A stretch of 64,000 bases of DNA from Octopus sinensis (lineage: Eukaryota), in NCBI RefSeq assembly GCF_006345805.1, contig NC_043015.1:32364001-32428000 (forward strand), read 5' to 3'. The notes beneath the pieces are model-generated. The model ran no database searches. It saw only the letters and a list, made by a program, of their open reading frames with translations, and was not told where the DNA came from. How positions within the stretch are numbered: the first letter of the stretch is position 1; the number at the start of each line of letters is the position of its first letter. A program made the translations under genes and the position numbers. Positions 11,503 to 23,358 of this stretch are shown piece after piece.

Positions 11503-12030
11503 AATAATAATAATAATAACAATAACAATAATAAGAAGAAGAAGAAGAAGGAGGAGAAGAAGAAGGAGGAGAAGAAGGAGAAGAAGAAGAAGAAGAAGAA
11601 GAAAGAGTAGGTGAAGGGAGTGGAGAAAATAAAAATGGAGGAGGAAGGAGAGTGGAAAAGCTGAAAAGAAAGAGAAGTAGAAGAGGAAAAAGAATAAGAA
11701 GAGAAATGGGAAGAAGTGCAAGGAGAAGAAGGAAAAGAAGAAATAGATGAAAACATTGAAGGAGAAGAAGAAGGAAAAAGATAAAAAGAAAAGAAGAAGG
11801 AGTAAAACGGAAAAAAAGAAGTAGTATAAAAAGAATAAGAAACGGAAGAATGAAGAAGGGAAGGAAAGAATAAGTTAAGAATGAAGACAAAATAGAAAGA
11901 GAATAGAAAACAAATGAAAAGAAAATAAGAAAACTAATAAGGAAGAAGGGGAAAAAGACGGAAAGAAAAAAGACGAGAAAGAAAAAGGAGAGAATGATGG
12001 ATTAATAAGAAGGAGAGCAAGAAGAGCATG
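11400..12030. repeat. Purine-rich low-complexity tract with (GAT)n,(AAT)n,(GAA)n
   Basis: Directly visible. Confidence 0.9.
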
Positions 12031-12424
12031 ATTTGGCGATAAAGTGATAAGAATTGGTCATGAAATGTATTTCAATAAAATTCCAGGAATAGGTAAAAGG
12101 TGAATTGAATAAAATTTATAGTCTTGAAGTGTTTGGGAATTCAAAGACGGTCAAAGACGCACTCACACACATACACACGCGTATATGAACATACACGCAT
12201 AAGAACGGGTATAGACGTAGATATACAACTGCAAATGGGTGTAGATATAGCAGTGCGGTTAAGTTCGTTTTGAGGCAACGGGGTTTGAGGTTCGATTCTA
12301 ACTTGTGTTACCTTCGAAAAATACCTTCTACTATAGCGTCAGGGGCTAATAGATATTTAGGGGATTTTCGTAGACGGATACTGTGTGGAAGCCCGATATG
12401 TAAAGTTCTTATGTATATATATAT

Positions 12425-12570
12425 AAGTAGCTTGCTTAACAACCACACGGGTCCTGGTTCAGTCCCACTGCGAGGCACCTTGGGCAAGTGTCTTCTACTA
12501 TAGCCTTGGGCCGACTAAAGCCTTGTGAGTGGATTTGGTAGACGGAATCTGAAAGAATCCCGTCGTATAT
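12425..12570 (+). mobile_element. SINE family A 5' half
   Basis: GTAGCTTGCTTAACAACCACAC..GGTTCAGTCCCACTGCG..CCTTGGGCAAGTG..CCCGTCG then (TA)n. Confidence 0.85.
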
Positions 12571-12671
12571 ATGCATATATATATAATATATAATATTATA
12601 TATATAATATATATATACATATATAGATTATATATATATATATCATATAAATATATAGTTATATATATATA

Positions 12672-12713
<42 letters not shown>

Positions 12714-12718
12714 TATAT

Positions 12719-12896
12719 CCCGGAGTGTAAACACATAAATGTGAAAAAAGGTGGAAAAAAGAGTACTCAAATACCAGTGGTAGAGTAATATGCTTATTTT
12801 AAGAGCAGCAGAAAATTCAACAAAACTGTTACTCTGAGGTTCCCGTTGCCGGCAACGGAAAACTCAGAGTAACAGGTTTTGTTGAATTTTCTGCTG
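12719..12896 (-). mobile_element. PLE pLTR-like end with partial inverted duplication (91-bp palindrome at 12806-12896)
   Basis: CAGCAGAAAATTCAACAAAACTGTTACTCTGAG..TTGCC|GGCAA..CTCAGAGTAACAGGTTTTGTTGAATTTTCTGCTG; the long arm continues to the TA array; TA-rich sequence on both sides. Confidence 0.7.
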
Positions 12897-13578
12897 ATTT
12901 AAATCTAACGTATATACTATATATATATATATATAATCCACTATATACAAATATAAAGAGTAGTAAAAGAGTATATATATACATACACACATAGTGTGCG
13001 TATATGTATGTATATACATCCATCTATTATTCATTACAGAAATAAATCTTTGTAAGAGAATATTGAATTTATACGCACCTGCAACGTCGGACAGTAAAGT
13101 TGGAACATAAAAGTCCGAAATCAAATCACTCAGGTATAAATAATTTACACTAAATGCTTCTACTTTCAAAGAGAAGCGAATAAAATTTTATTAAATTTTA
13201 AGGAGGAGGTATTATATTGATTACAGAAATAAAACCTCCCACACAAATATCACGACAATATTTCGCCGTGAAATATTGCTGGAAAATGCTTAATAAACAA
13301 GCATGGTATGGCGGAGTGGTTATACAACGATGTATAAGAATGTCGGGATAGTATTTGAAACTAAAATAAGCTGTGTGCATATGCGGTCATGTGCTTGCGT
13401 GTGGGAGGCACGGCTGTATGATTTCGGGTTCGGTCCCAAATTTTGAGCAAGTGACTGCCTTGAGAGTAAGTTAGGAAAGCGGAAACTGTTGGATGAAGGG
13501 TCGCTATTATCCTATCTATCTATCTATCATCTATATATCTATCTATCGGTAATCTATCTTTTTTTAAAAAATTATATC

Positions 13579-13731
13579 CCCCCCTATTTTGTCCTCTTTC
13601 TTTCCATGTACGATCCCTTTTGATCGAAAACCAAAAACCCTTCTTTTACCCCCAAAGAAAAGCTCTACTGGTAATTTTGTCCTGTCTGTGTTGCAGCTCT
13701 GTGTGGCTAATAAAGAAAACATATCTATCTA
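13579..13731 (+). mobile_element. 3' UTR end of Tx1/L1-like LINE, flanked by (TCTA)n on both sides (13511-13558 and 13732-13984)
   Basis: Aligns with 54390-54535 (ACGATCCCTTTTGATCGAAA..GAAAAGCTCTAC..TGTGTGGCTAATAAAGAAA). Confidence 0.75.
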
Positions 13732-13735
13732 TCTC

Positions 13736-13782
<47 letters not shown>

Positions 13783-13847
13783 ATCTATCTATCTATCTAT
13801 CTATCTATCTCTCTATCTATCTATCTATCTGTCTGTCTGTCTATCTC

Positions 13848-13913
<66 letters not shown>

Positions 13914-13927
13914 CATCTATCTATATC

Positions 13928-13985
<58 letters not shown>

Positions 13986-14241
13986 AATTGAAGTCCTACC
14001 TTTGCGACATTTGTTTTGCACCGAATTACTGATACTTCCTCGTCATTTTTTACCGCCAAATATACAGGGAAGACCTGGACGGTTGTCGGCTGGAAACCTG
14101 GAAATCTTGATGTGAAATAAAATATAAAATAATATATATATTATTTTATAATAGAAAATAAATAAAACTCATAGGTTTATACATAACTATACAGATTCTC
14201 AATGTTATACATAAACTTATTATCATAGACACATACACATA

Positions 14242-14410
14242 GGCGCAGGAGTGGCTGTGTGGTAAGTAGCTTTCTAACCAACCACATGGTTCTGGGTTCA
14301 GTCCCACAGCGTGGCACCTTGGGCAAGTGTCTTCTGCTATAGCCCCGGGCCGACCAATGCCTTGTGAGTGGATTTGGTAGACGGAAACTGAAAGAAGCCT
14401 GTTGTTATAT

Positions 14411-14453
<43 letters not shown>

Positions 14454-14669
14454 TTTTGTGTGTCTGGTTTGTCCCCCTAGCATTGCTTGACAACCGATGT
14501 TGGTGTGTTTACGTCCCCGTCACTTAGCGGTTCGGCAAAAGGACCGATAGAATAAGTACTGGCTTACAAAGAATAAGTCCCGGGGTCGATTTGCTCGACT
14601 AAAGGCGGTGATCCAGCATGGCCGCAGTCAAATGACTGAAACAAGTAAAAGAGTAAAAGAGTAAAAGAG
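14242..14669 (+). mobile_element. SINE family A, full length
   Basis: GGCGCAGGAGTGGCTGTGTGGTAAG head, B-box-like GGGTTCAGTCC, (GAGTAAAA)n tail. Confidence 0.92.
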
Positions 14670-14889
14670 AGATGCATCATGCACTTACCATTAAAGGGGT
14701 TCTTGTACAATTTCAAGTGGTTTGAAATACAATAAGTCTATGGCAACAGCATTTCTGCTCTGCAACCCCAGAACAGTTCTATTACCAAAGGCGACATTTA
14801 AGGACTGTTTATCTTGTTTCATGCATATTCATGACTTCAATAGTACTGCATGCTTTTTTTTATTTTACGACAACCGGTGTTACATATAA

Positions 14890-15246
14890 GGAGGCGAGTG
14901 GACCTACACTCGGCTCCTTATGAGAGCTCAAAATCTCTCGTGGAAGCTCCATCCAACCAAAATGCAAATATATGGGAAACTACCACCAGTGTCATCTCTT
15001 GTGAAAGGTAAGAGAATCCAGTTTGCTGGACATTGTTGTAGAGCTGAAAAAGAAGTAATTTCTACTCTTCTCCTCTGGAAGCCATCTACTCGCAATGCCA
15101 GAGGGCGCACACTCTCCTACCCTGATGTAATCTCTAGGGATACAGGCATCCAGCAACAGGACCTCCGTAATGCCATGATGGCCCGTGAAGTCTGGCGTAG
15201 CATGGTAAATTCCATTGTCTCGACCACGGTCGAACAATGATGATGA
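14890..15246 (+). mobile_element. 5'-truncated RTE-like LINE 3' end with 12-bp target-site duplication
   Basis: Open frame ..LSWKLHPT..IYGKLPPVS..RIQFAGHC..LLLWKP..GR..YPDVISRDTG..W is a typical RTE ORF C-terminus; (TGA)n tail; TSD TGTTACATATAA at 14878-14889 and 15247-15258. Confidence 0.9.
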
Positions 15247-15430
15247 TGTTACATATAAAAAAAAGTGATTGTTATTTCTACCAAGTGGAACGGCCGTGTA
15301 GAGGTCTCCTTCACTGGTTTGGTCAGAACTGTTTGTTTTTAACTGATTTTTCGATTAAATTTCCAAAGTAATTACATAAAACACGCAGAATAAACACAAT
15401 AAAATTTATGTTAATTTATCTGAACAGACG
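15247..15430 (+). repeat. ~185-bp unclassified dispersed repeat (copy 1; copy 2 at 19377-19557)
   Basis: GTGGAACGGCCGTGTAGAGGTCTCC..TTTATCTGAACAG is shared, with about 6-7 substitutions. Confidence 0.85.
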
Positions 15431-15611
15431 GTTGAAGACGAGGATGTTTGAGTATTACGATCAAAGAAATATATTCTCAGGTCATTGCTCTCTCCTTTAC
15501 AGTTCATGTTCAGTGAAATCTTGTATCAATATTTAATCAATCATACGAGTATCATAATTTATATTTTATTCTTTTCCTAAGCTATGTTACCTTTTAAGGT
15601 ATTCACAACGG

Positions 15612-15867
15612 ACATACATACATACATACATACGTACGTACGTACATACATATACACATACATACATATACACATACATACATACATACATACACACATG
15701 CATACATACATACATACATACGTACGTACGTACATACATACACACATACATACATATACACATACATACATACATACATACACACATGCATACATACATA
15801 CATACGTACGTACGTACATACATACACACATACATACATACCTACATACATACATACATACATACAT

Positions 15868-15895
<28 letters not shown>
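15612..15895. repeat. (CATA)n/(CGTA)n microsatellite
   Basis: Directly visible. Confidence 0.95.
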
Positions 15896-15899
<4 letters not shown>

Positions 15900-15939
15900 A
15901 ATATAAGCATATATATATATTTCAACTCTACGCACAAGG

Positions 15940-16302
15940 CCCGAAATTTTGGGGGAGTGGGGCCAGACGATTAGATCGACCCCAGCACGCAATTGTTACT
16001 TAGTTTATTGAGCCCGAAAGAATGAAAGGCAAAGTCCACCACGGCGGAATTTGAACTCAGAACGTAAAGACAGTCGAAATACCTGTTTCTTTATTACCCA
16101 CAAGGGGCTAGACATAGAGGGGACAAACAAGGACAGACAAACGGATTACGTCGATTACATCGACCCCAGTGCGTAACTGGTACTTAATTTATCGACCCCG
16201 AAAGGATGAAAGGCAAAGTCGACCTCGGCGGAATTTGAACTCAGAACGTAGCGACGGATGAAATGCCGCTCAGCATTTCGTTCGTTTCTGCCAGCTCGCC
16301 AC
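15940..16302 (-). mobile_element. SINE family B, dimeric (head plus two body units)
   Basis: Minus head GGCGAGCTGGCAGAAACG, B-box GAGTTCAAATTCC, CTTTGCCTTTCATCCTTTCGGGGTCGATAAAT; the body unit is repeated once. Confidence 0.85.
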
Positions 16303-16792
16303 CTTCACTGGCGAATTGGCGAATTGACAAAGTCAGTAGAATGTCGGAGAGAGTATCTTGTGTTCATTCCGGCTTACTAAGTTCAAAGCTCCACTAAGAT
16401 TAACGTCGCCATTCATCCTTTTGGTGCAAATACACAGTCTTAATTAAATACTCAGGCTGATTCTTCTCCCTTATTTGTATTTTTACTTTCTATCACCCTT
16501 CTTGTCTCTGGAAGAAACCCATGGGTTCAGAATCTAGAGAGGGGTGATTTCGGCAAATTTTTATATACTCAAAGCACGCCGAATGTAACGACATTGCCTC
16601 TATAACTTACAACCCTATTAAAACTTAAGACCCCCACATATATATGTGTATGTGCGTGTGTGTATGCGTGAGTGCGTGTGCGTGTATGTATGCATATATA
16701 TATACACATACACACAAACTATATGTATGTATATATATACATATATATATATAACATATATTATATATATATGTATATATATACATACATAC

Positions 16793-16855
<63 letters not shown>

Positions 16856-16929
16856 ACGTACACACACATATATATACATATATAACAGATATATATATAT
16901 ATAATACATATAGATGTTATTCCATGTAG

Positions 16930-17560
16930 GTAATGGGAGTTTGAGAATGGATCAAGAAGCAGAAAATCTAAGGGAAGGTAATTGGTTATCGTTATTATTC
17001 GTGACAGGGGAGGTATTTACTCAATTTTTGGAGGTGTTAAATAAATATGCAAAAACTCAAAAGCTAAAGTAGTGAGATGAAATATTTACAGTGATGGGTA
17101 TATGAACAGGAATTAAAATACAAATTGAGTCCGAAGTTAATTATGCGTTCATATTTAGGCATTTTCTGTATTTTTTGATAAATAATTGTTCAATTATTTA
17201 TCATATAGGGAATAATGTGAAGTTTGGTTGGATACTACTGTCTGTAATGTGGAAAACAGATCTGTTCCTTATGTAGTGTCGTTCTCCGTCTAAGTGCCAT
17301 ACTTGTCCGTCCTATACATTTATGTCCACAACCTGAACAAGTTAGATTCTCGGAAGCACAACTGAAGTTGGCTTTAATTGTGATCCTCTCTCCTTCTTTG
17401 AATAGGAATTTCGAGCTTTCCAGCAGGTTGGGGGCAAGTTCCACGGTTTGGGCGTCCACATTTGTTAACCATTGGTTTCGTGGTTGTTGTGTAAAGCTTA
17501 GCATTTGTCAGAAGTCTTTTCAGCGATTTCTGTTGCTTTCTGCATTTGATGAATTTGTGT
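16930..17560 (-). mobile_element. Decayed Penelope-like element (Neptune-type) GIY-YIG endonuclease and 3' region
   Basis: Minus frames give CGRPN(R)GTCPNL..F.FKEG..ITIKANFSCASENL-TCSGCGHKCIGRTSMALRRRTTLHKEQI, matching the PLE C..C / NxIY / CxxC / YIG / R..H layout; frameshifted; ends at TA-rich sequence. Confidence 0.85.
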
Positions 17561-17611
17561 GTTTTTTTAATGTTTTACATTTTTGTATCCATAGTTAACA
17601 TAGGTAGATTT

Positions 17612-17655
<44 letters not shown>

Positions 17656-18229
17656 ATATATATATATATACATATATAATTTTTGCTTTAGTGCAGTAGA
17701 GAAAATAAATAAATAAATAAATAAGCGTATAAAAATCTCTAAACGTTTCTGGCATGCAATATTTCTCTTCATTTCTATATTTTCAACTTTCGGCAGGTGT
17801 GAATGTACTCACGTGTATCCGTGTTTAAACGTGTGCGCGCGCATCTGTGTGAATACGTATGCATATATTTTCTCTTCCTTTCATCATTTGCCGCTCTTTC
17901 TCCGCCTTTCTTTTTCGTTGTTTTCTCTCTTTTTTTTTCTCATTCCTCTTCCTCTCTAAATCTACTTCTCACCCTTCTGTTTCCTTTCCTCCTGCCATTA
18001 CACTTTAGCGGAAGAGTGTGCCTCTGTGTAAGTGTGTGTGTGTGTACCTGTGTCTATATTTGTATGTGTGTGTGTATATGTGTGAGAGAGAAGAAGAAAG
18101 AGAGACAAAGAAAGTGAGAGAGTGTGTGTGTGTGTGAAAGTGTGCTTACGTAAATTGATGCATATTTGTCTTTTTGAAGTATATATGTATGTATATATGA
18201 TATAATGTATATATATACATATATATATG

Positions 18230-18299
<70 letters not shown>

Positions 18300-19329
18300 A
18301 TATATATATTTGTATGTATGTATGTATGTATGTATGTATATATATACATATGCATGTATGTGCTTGTGTCTTAAAATTTGAATTTCAGTTTGGGAATCTA
18401 AAAACTGAACGGAAGATATATGTTTACATATCAAACGGATAAGCGAAATGGGCAGATATAAAGTTTGCAGATAAGAAAGTTATATGTAATTTATTTTATA
18501 TATTCCCTTTTACATCATACGTTGTCAGATGTCTTTATATCAGCACATTTTGATTAGTTTAAACTTGAAAGGAATGAATATAAATCTTAGAGTCTTTCTC
18601 TTTTGACAAGCCATTTGATGTCTGATCTTTTGGAGAAATTCAAACAACTCTACCATTGTGGTCTAATTTTCCTTTAACTCGGGGTGTTTTTGTTTATATT
18701 GGGTGTTACCACTACTGTTGCGAACTTCTCTGCCAGCTATTCCAATGCAAGAAGCCATATTGAATTGTGACTTAGCGAAATGTGTTGAACAGAAAGTGTT
18801 AAAAACGACCGTTTCCCTCTAGACTGATAAAATTTTAAACTCTCTCCCATCTTTTTCATAAGTTCCAACGATATCACGCTGGAAGTATAACGTCTAATTC
18901 TTAAGAAAACAATCGTATGCGTTTCTTAAACATATATAGCTCACAAAAAACATGAGCTCAGAACAGTAATACTTGTCTTTGGTTTACGCATAAGGACAGC
19001 AATTTTGCGAGGTGGGGATTTGTGGATTACATGAATCCTAATACTTGACTGGTGCTTCATAATATCAGTTGTAAAAGGATAAAACGCCAAACTAAACTCA
19101 GCGGGATTTGAAATTAGAATGTCAAGTGCTATAATAAATACTGAAAGGCATTTAGTCCCAAAAGGGTCGCCCGATTCTATCGTTGCATGAAAAGAATAGT
19201 TGCACTACTTATAAACGGTGAAGTGGTAGTGATAAGACTGAGACGGGTAATGTAATATTACGAAACAAGAAAAAAGGACCAAGGAAATATCAAGAAAAAC
19301 ATAATTTGAAATAGTGTTCATATGCACCT

Positions 19330-19557
19330 ATGACCGCGAGTCCGCTGCCCTAACCACTGGGCCATTGCGCCTCCACTGTCACATATAAAGAAAAGTGATT
19401 GATATTTCTACCAAGTGGAACGGCCGTGTAGAGGTCTCCCTCACTGGTTTGGTCAGAACTGTTTGCTTTTAACTGATTTTTCGATTAAATTTCCAAAGTA
19501 GTTACATAAAACACGTAGAATAAACACAATAAAATTTATGTTAATTTATCTGAACAG
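19330..19557. mobile_element. Chimeric insert (SINE family C head, minus, plus the ~185-bp repeat) with 10-bp TSD
   Basis: ATATGCACCT at 19320-19329 and 19558-19567; 19330-19376 is the reverse complement of TGGAGGCGCAATGGCCCAGTGGTTAGGGCAGCGGACTCGCGGTCAT. Confidence 0.75.
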
Positions 19558-20434
19558 ATATGCACCTTAGGTAAATCCTTACTCAAGTCACCTTCTAACC
19601 AATACATACGTGGATGAACTTCATTCACAATATCTCTTTCGCTCAATATTTCCTTCTATGATCCATTCAAACTTTTATATTTCTGAAACCAGATGTGGCT
19701 TTCTTTCTAGTTTGGACGAAAATTTACTGCGTAATTCGTTCAAGCTAATGGATGCTGTCGATTTAAAAATAAGTCTATGAGACAAATTGCGGAACACACC
19801 TTAAAGCAAACGAATTAATCACATGGGTGATTGTTTTGCCAGTCGAGTGAAAGTAAATAAACAACAGTATTTAATCGATAATGAGTAGTTAGTGATACGT
19901 TTGGTATGTATCGCTAATAGATTTTTGTTTTAAATTTACATATTTAAAGCAATATTAATATTAAATAGAGCAGGATGACATCAATGCAACATGGCGAAAT
20001 GAATAGTAATGCTTCATGTGTGTGTATGTGTTTGTGCGCGTGTATGTATGTATGTATGTGTGTGTATGGATATGTGAGTGCATGCATGTGTATATTCGTA
20101 TTTATCAATAAGTAAAGACATTTCTAGATGCGCGTATCTGGTACTTGCTTTATATATATATATTTATATATACAAATATATTTATGTGTGTGTATATATA
20201 TATTCATACGTACATTTATGGATGTACGTTTTTGCACATGTATAAAGTAAATGTAGCCGTCACTTGCAGGCGAGTATGATCTGTTGGCAGGTACCATGCC
20301 TTCGCAAATTGTTTTAATGCCTATGTAATAGCAGGCAAATATATAGACCTTGTCAGGCATCCCGACCTTAACTCATGAGATCTTGTGATTGAGTGCTAGA
20401 GGGTGGAAGAGCTGCACCAACACCTGTTTGTTTC

Positions 20435-20640
20435 ACCTTTCTTTCTTTTTTTCTTTTACTTGTTTCAGTCATTGGACTGCGGCCATGCTGGAGCATAACC
20501 TATAGTCGAACAAATCGACACCAGGACTTACACTTTGTAAGCCTAGTGCTTATTCTATCGGTCATTTTGCTGATCTGCTAAGTTACGCGGACGTGAACAC
20601 ACCAACATCGGTTGTCAAACGATGTTGGCCGGGGTGGGGA

Positions 20641-20686
<46 letters not shown>

Positions 20687-20900
20687 ACACACACACACTG
20701 ACACACACACAGACACAAACACATACACACATATATACGACGGACTTCTTTCAGTTTCCGTCTACCAAACCACTCACAAGGCTTTGGTCGGTCCGAGGCT
20801 ATAGTAGAAGACACTTGTCCAAGGTACCACGCAGTGAAACGGAACCCGGAGTAAGTGGTTGGTAAGCAAGCTACTTACCACACAACCAATCCTGCGCCTA
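20435..20900 (-). mobile_element. SINE family A, full length, with internal (CA)n
   Basis: Same head and tail as 14242-14669. Confidence 0.88.
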
Positions 20901-21209
20901 AAAAAGAGATAGCGCTGGCCCGAGTGAGGCAGCAGTATCTCTTTTTTAAAAAAATTGTTTGCTTCTCATTTCAACTAAAAAGATTGGAGCAGCATGAAGT
21001 GCCTTGCTCAATGTAACAGCTGGAGACTCCATTCTCGGAATTGAACCTACGATGTTACGATAGTAAGCCCATCGCCGTTACCTTATTTCCCACATCACAC
21101 GTATTTATGTATTAATATATGCACACGCGCACACCCAACAAGGTATATAAGCACGTATATATGCCTGTATGTGTACATACTCATATACGTACACATATAT
21201 GTGTATATA

Positions 21210-21247
<38 letters not shown>

Positions 21248-21388
21248 TATATGTGTGTGGTGAGTTTGCGAGTGTGCGTGCGGGTTGTGTCTATTCATGA
21301 TGTTTGCTTATCAGAGAAGGTATTCATATGCACACGCAAAAATTATATAAATATATTTATGAGGATCATTATGCATACATATACTTAG

Positions 21389-21389
<1 letters not shown>

Positions 21390-21419
<30 letters not shown>

Positions 21420-21461
21420 TGTATGTATGTATGTATGTATGTATGTATGTATGTATGTATG

Positions 21462-21492
<31 letters not shown>

Positions 21493-21660
21493 GTATGTAT
21501 GTATGTATATATGTATGTATGTATGTAAGTATGTGTGTATGTATGTATGTAAGTATGTATGTATGTAAGTATGTGTGTATGTATGTATGTATGTATGTAA
21601 GTATGTATGTATGTATACACACATATACACACATACATACACACATAGATGTAATAGTAT
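21390..21660. repeat. (TATG)n microsatellite
   Basis: Directly visible. Confidence 0.95.
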
Positions 21661-22289
21661 ACACATATGCATATAAACATACATGACCGATTAGAGAAAA
21701 GGAGAGAGAGAGAGAGAGAGAAAGAGAGAGGCATAAATACTAATAAACACACACATGAGTTTATAGACAGCTTTTAAACTTTAAATACAAGCACTAGTAT
21801 ACAAATACCAACGCCTACTAAAACGTATATCACTACACATTATATATACACGGTTTTTATACATTCTATACACAATGCAAATATTTTTGAATTTGAATAT
21901 TGCAATTTTATACAGAAATCGTCTGATTTTATTGTCTTTTTATATTTTTATAGACTATTATCCCAGAAAATTATGTAAACGCACCGAATATATTTATAAG
22001 TATTCAAATATGTAAGAATTAAATCCTCGTATTCAAGTTTATTCAGCGTTATGGTCTATCATCACATTTCCAAACACCTATACACAACAAAAAACAACGC
22101 TCATCAACACACATTAGCTCACAATATATATATATATATACACATATATATATATAATATATTATATATTATATATATATATCATATATTGTATATATAT
22201 TATACACACACACATATATATATATATATATGTGGGACACACAAAAACAACAAAATGTTGTTTTAGGGACACACACACAAACAACAAAA

Positions 22290-22760
22290 TGAAGCCGGCA
22301 GTTCCTGCAGAGTTAAAAATTTGTGCCCGCTAAATGGAGCCTGTATGACCGAGGCCATCATTTATGAAACCACTGTAGACTCTACAACCACTAAGTACAT
22401 AGTTTCCTCACAGAAATATGTGGGTCTCACAGAAGGAAATTTTAAAGCCAGGTTCAACAATCACACCTGAAGCTTGAGACACGGAGATAAAAGGAAAACA
22501 ACCAAATTATCCAGATATGTATGGTCCTTAAAGGAAAAAGGTGTCAGCTATATGACTCACTGGAAGATCTTGGTAAAGTGTAAGCCTTACGCCAACGGCA
22601 GTGGAAAGTGTGGTCTTTGCGATATGGAAAAATGGCTCATCTGGAAAAGTTCGTTAGACCCGCTACAAGTCTAAATTCAAGAACTGAACTTTTTGCTCAT
22701 GTCCACATTTGGTAAAACATTTGCTACGTTTTTGGACCCTCCACCCCAGATCACAGATAG
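22290..22760 (+). mobile_element. Penelope-like element C-terminal GIY-YIG endonuclease (probably Hydra-type), pseudogenised
   Basis: SCRVKNLCPLNGACMTEAIIYETTV..KYVGLTEGNFKARFNNHT*SLRH..TKLSRYVWSLK..HWKIL..KPYANGSGKCGLCDMEK..LNSRTEL; stop at 22468-22470 and a later frameshift. Clade assignment is from memory of the CxC..CP..G.C linker. Confidence 0.85.
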
Positions 22761-23286
22761 AACCTGCTTTTTATATTATGTCCACGAACAAGCCTTTCAT
22801 ATGTCTTAACATCTCTTATATATTTCTTATATATATTTTATTGCTATATATATTTTTCTGTATATTATTTTTCACCCTTTATAACTGTGTAATTTATACG
22901 CGTATAGTATATACCTAATGTGTATGTGCGTGCATATATGTATGTGTACGAATAATTGTATATATACGAGTGCAAGACTCTACCTGTTGTACATGTCTCT
23001 TTCCTTCATACATATATGTATCATCAGTGGTCCTTTGCTTTCTTCTTTCTTATTTGTGTGTCTTTCCTTACTAACGATCAGCCATTTTGTATTTTGTATT
23101 CCTATTGTATGTGTCTTTATTTGCGCAAGCGTATACCCCTATGTGTGTGTATGTTTAGTGGGGGGGGGTGCTTGTATTATCTGTACCCCCTGTTTATACA
23201 CATTCGTTTAATTTGTTTTTATTTATTTTGTTCATGTTTTTATACCTACTTATTATTCTTTCACACACCACACATACACACACACG

Positions 23287-23358
<72 letters not shown>

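Noticed and set aside
14242-14320. tRNA-like heads as tRNA genes
   Set aside because: No complete cloverleaf or acceptor stem; they continue into SINE bodies.
14683-14830. Perfect minus-strand donor G|GTAAGT
   Set aside because: The upstream frames I checked hit stops and no acceptor was found.
22468-22470. In-frame TGA in the PLE endonuclease as selenocysteine (as known for some Naiad PLEs)
   Set aside because: The position is not a conserved Cys, the copy also has a frameshift, and the endonuclease is C-terminal type; an ordinary nonsense mutation is more likely.
22998-23030. Minus-strand CUGAUGA followed by a hairpin
   Set aside because: The hairpin is a TA/CATA repeat, the second core is GAAG and misplaced, and no stems I or III form.
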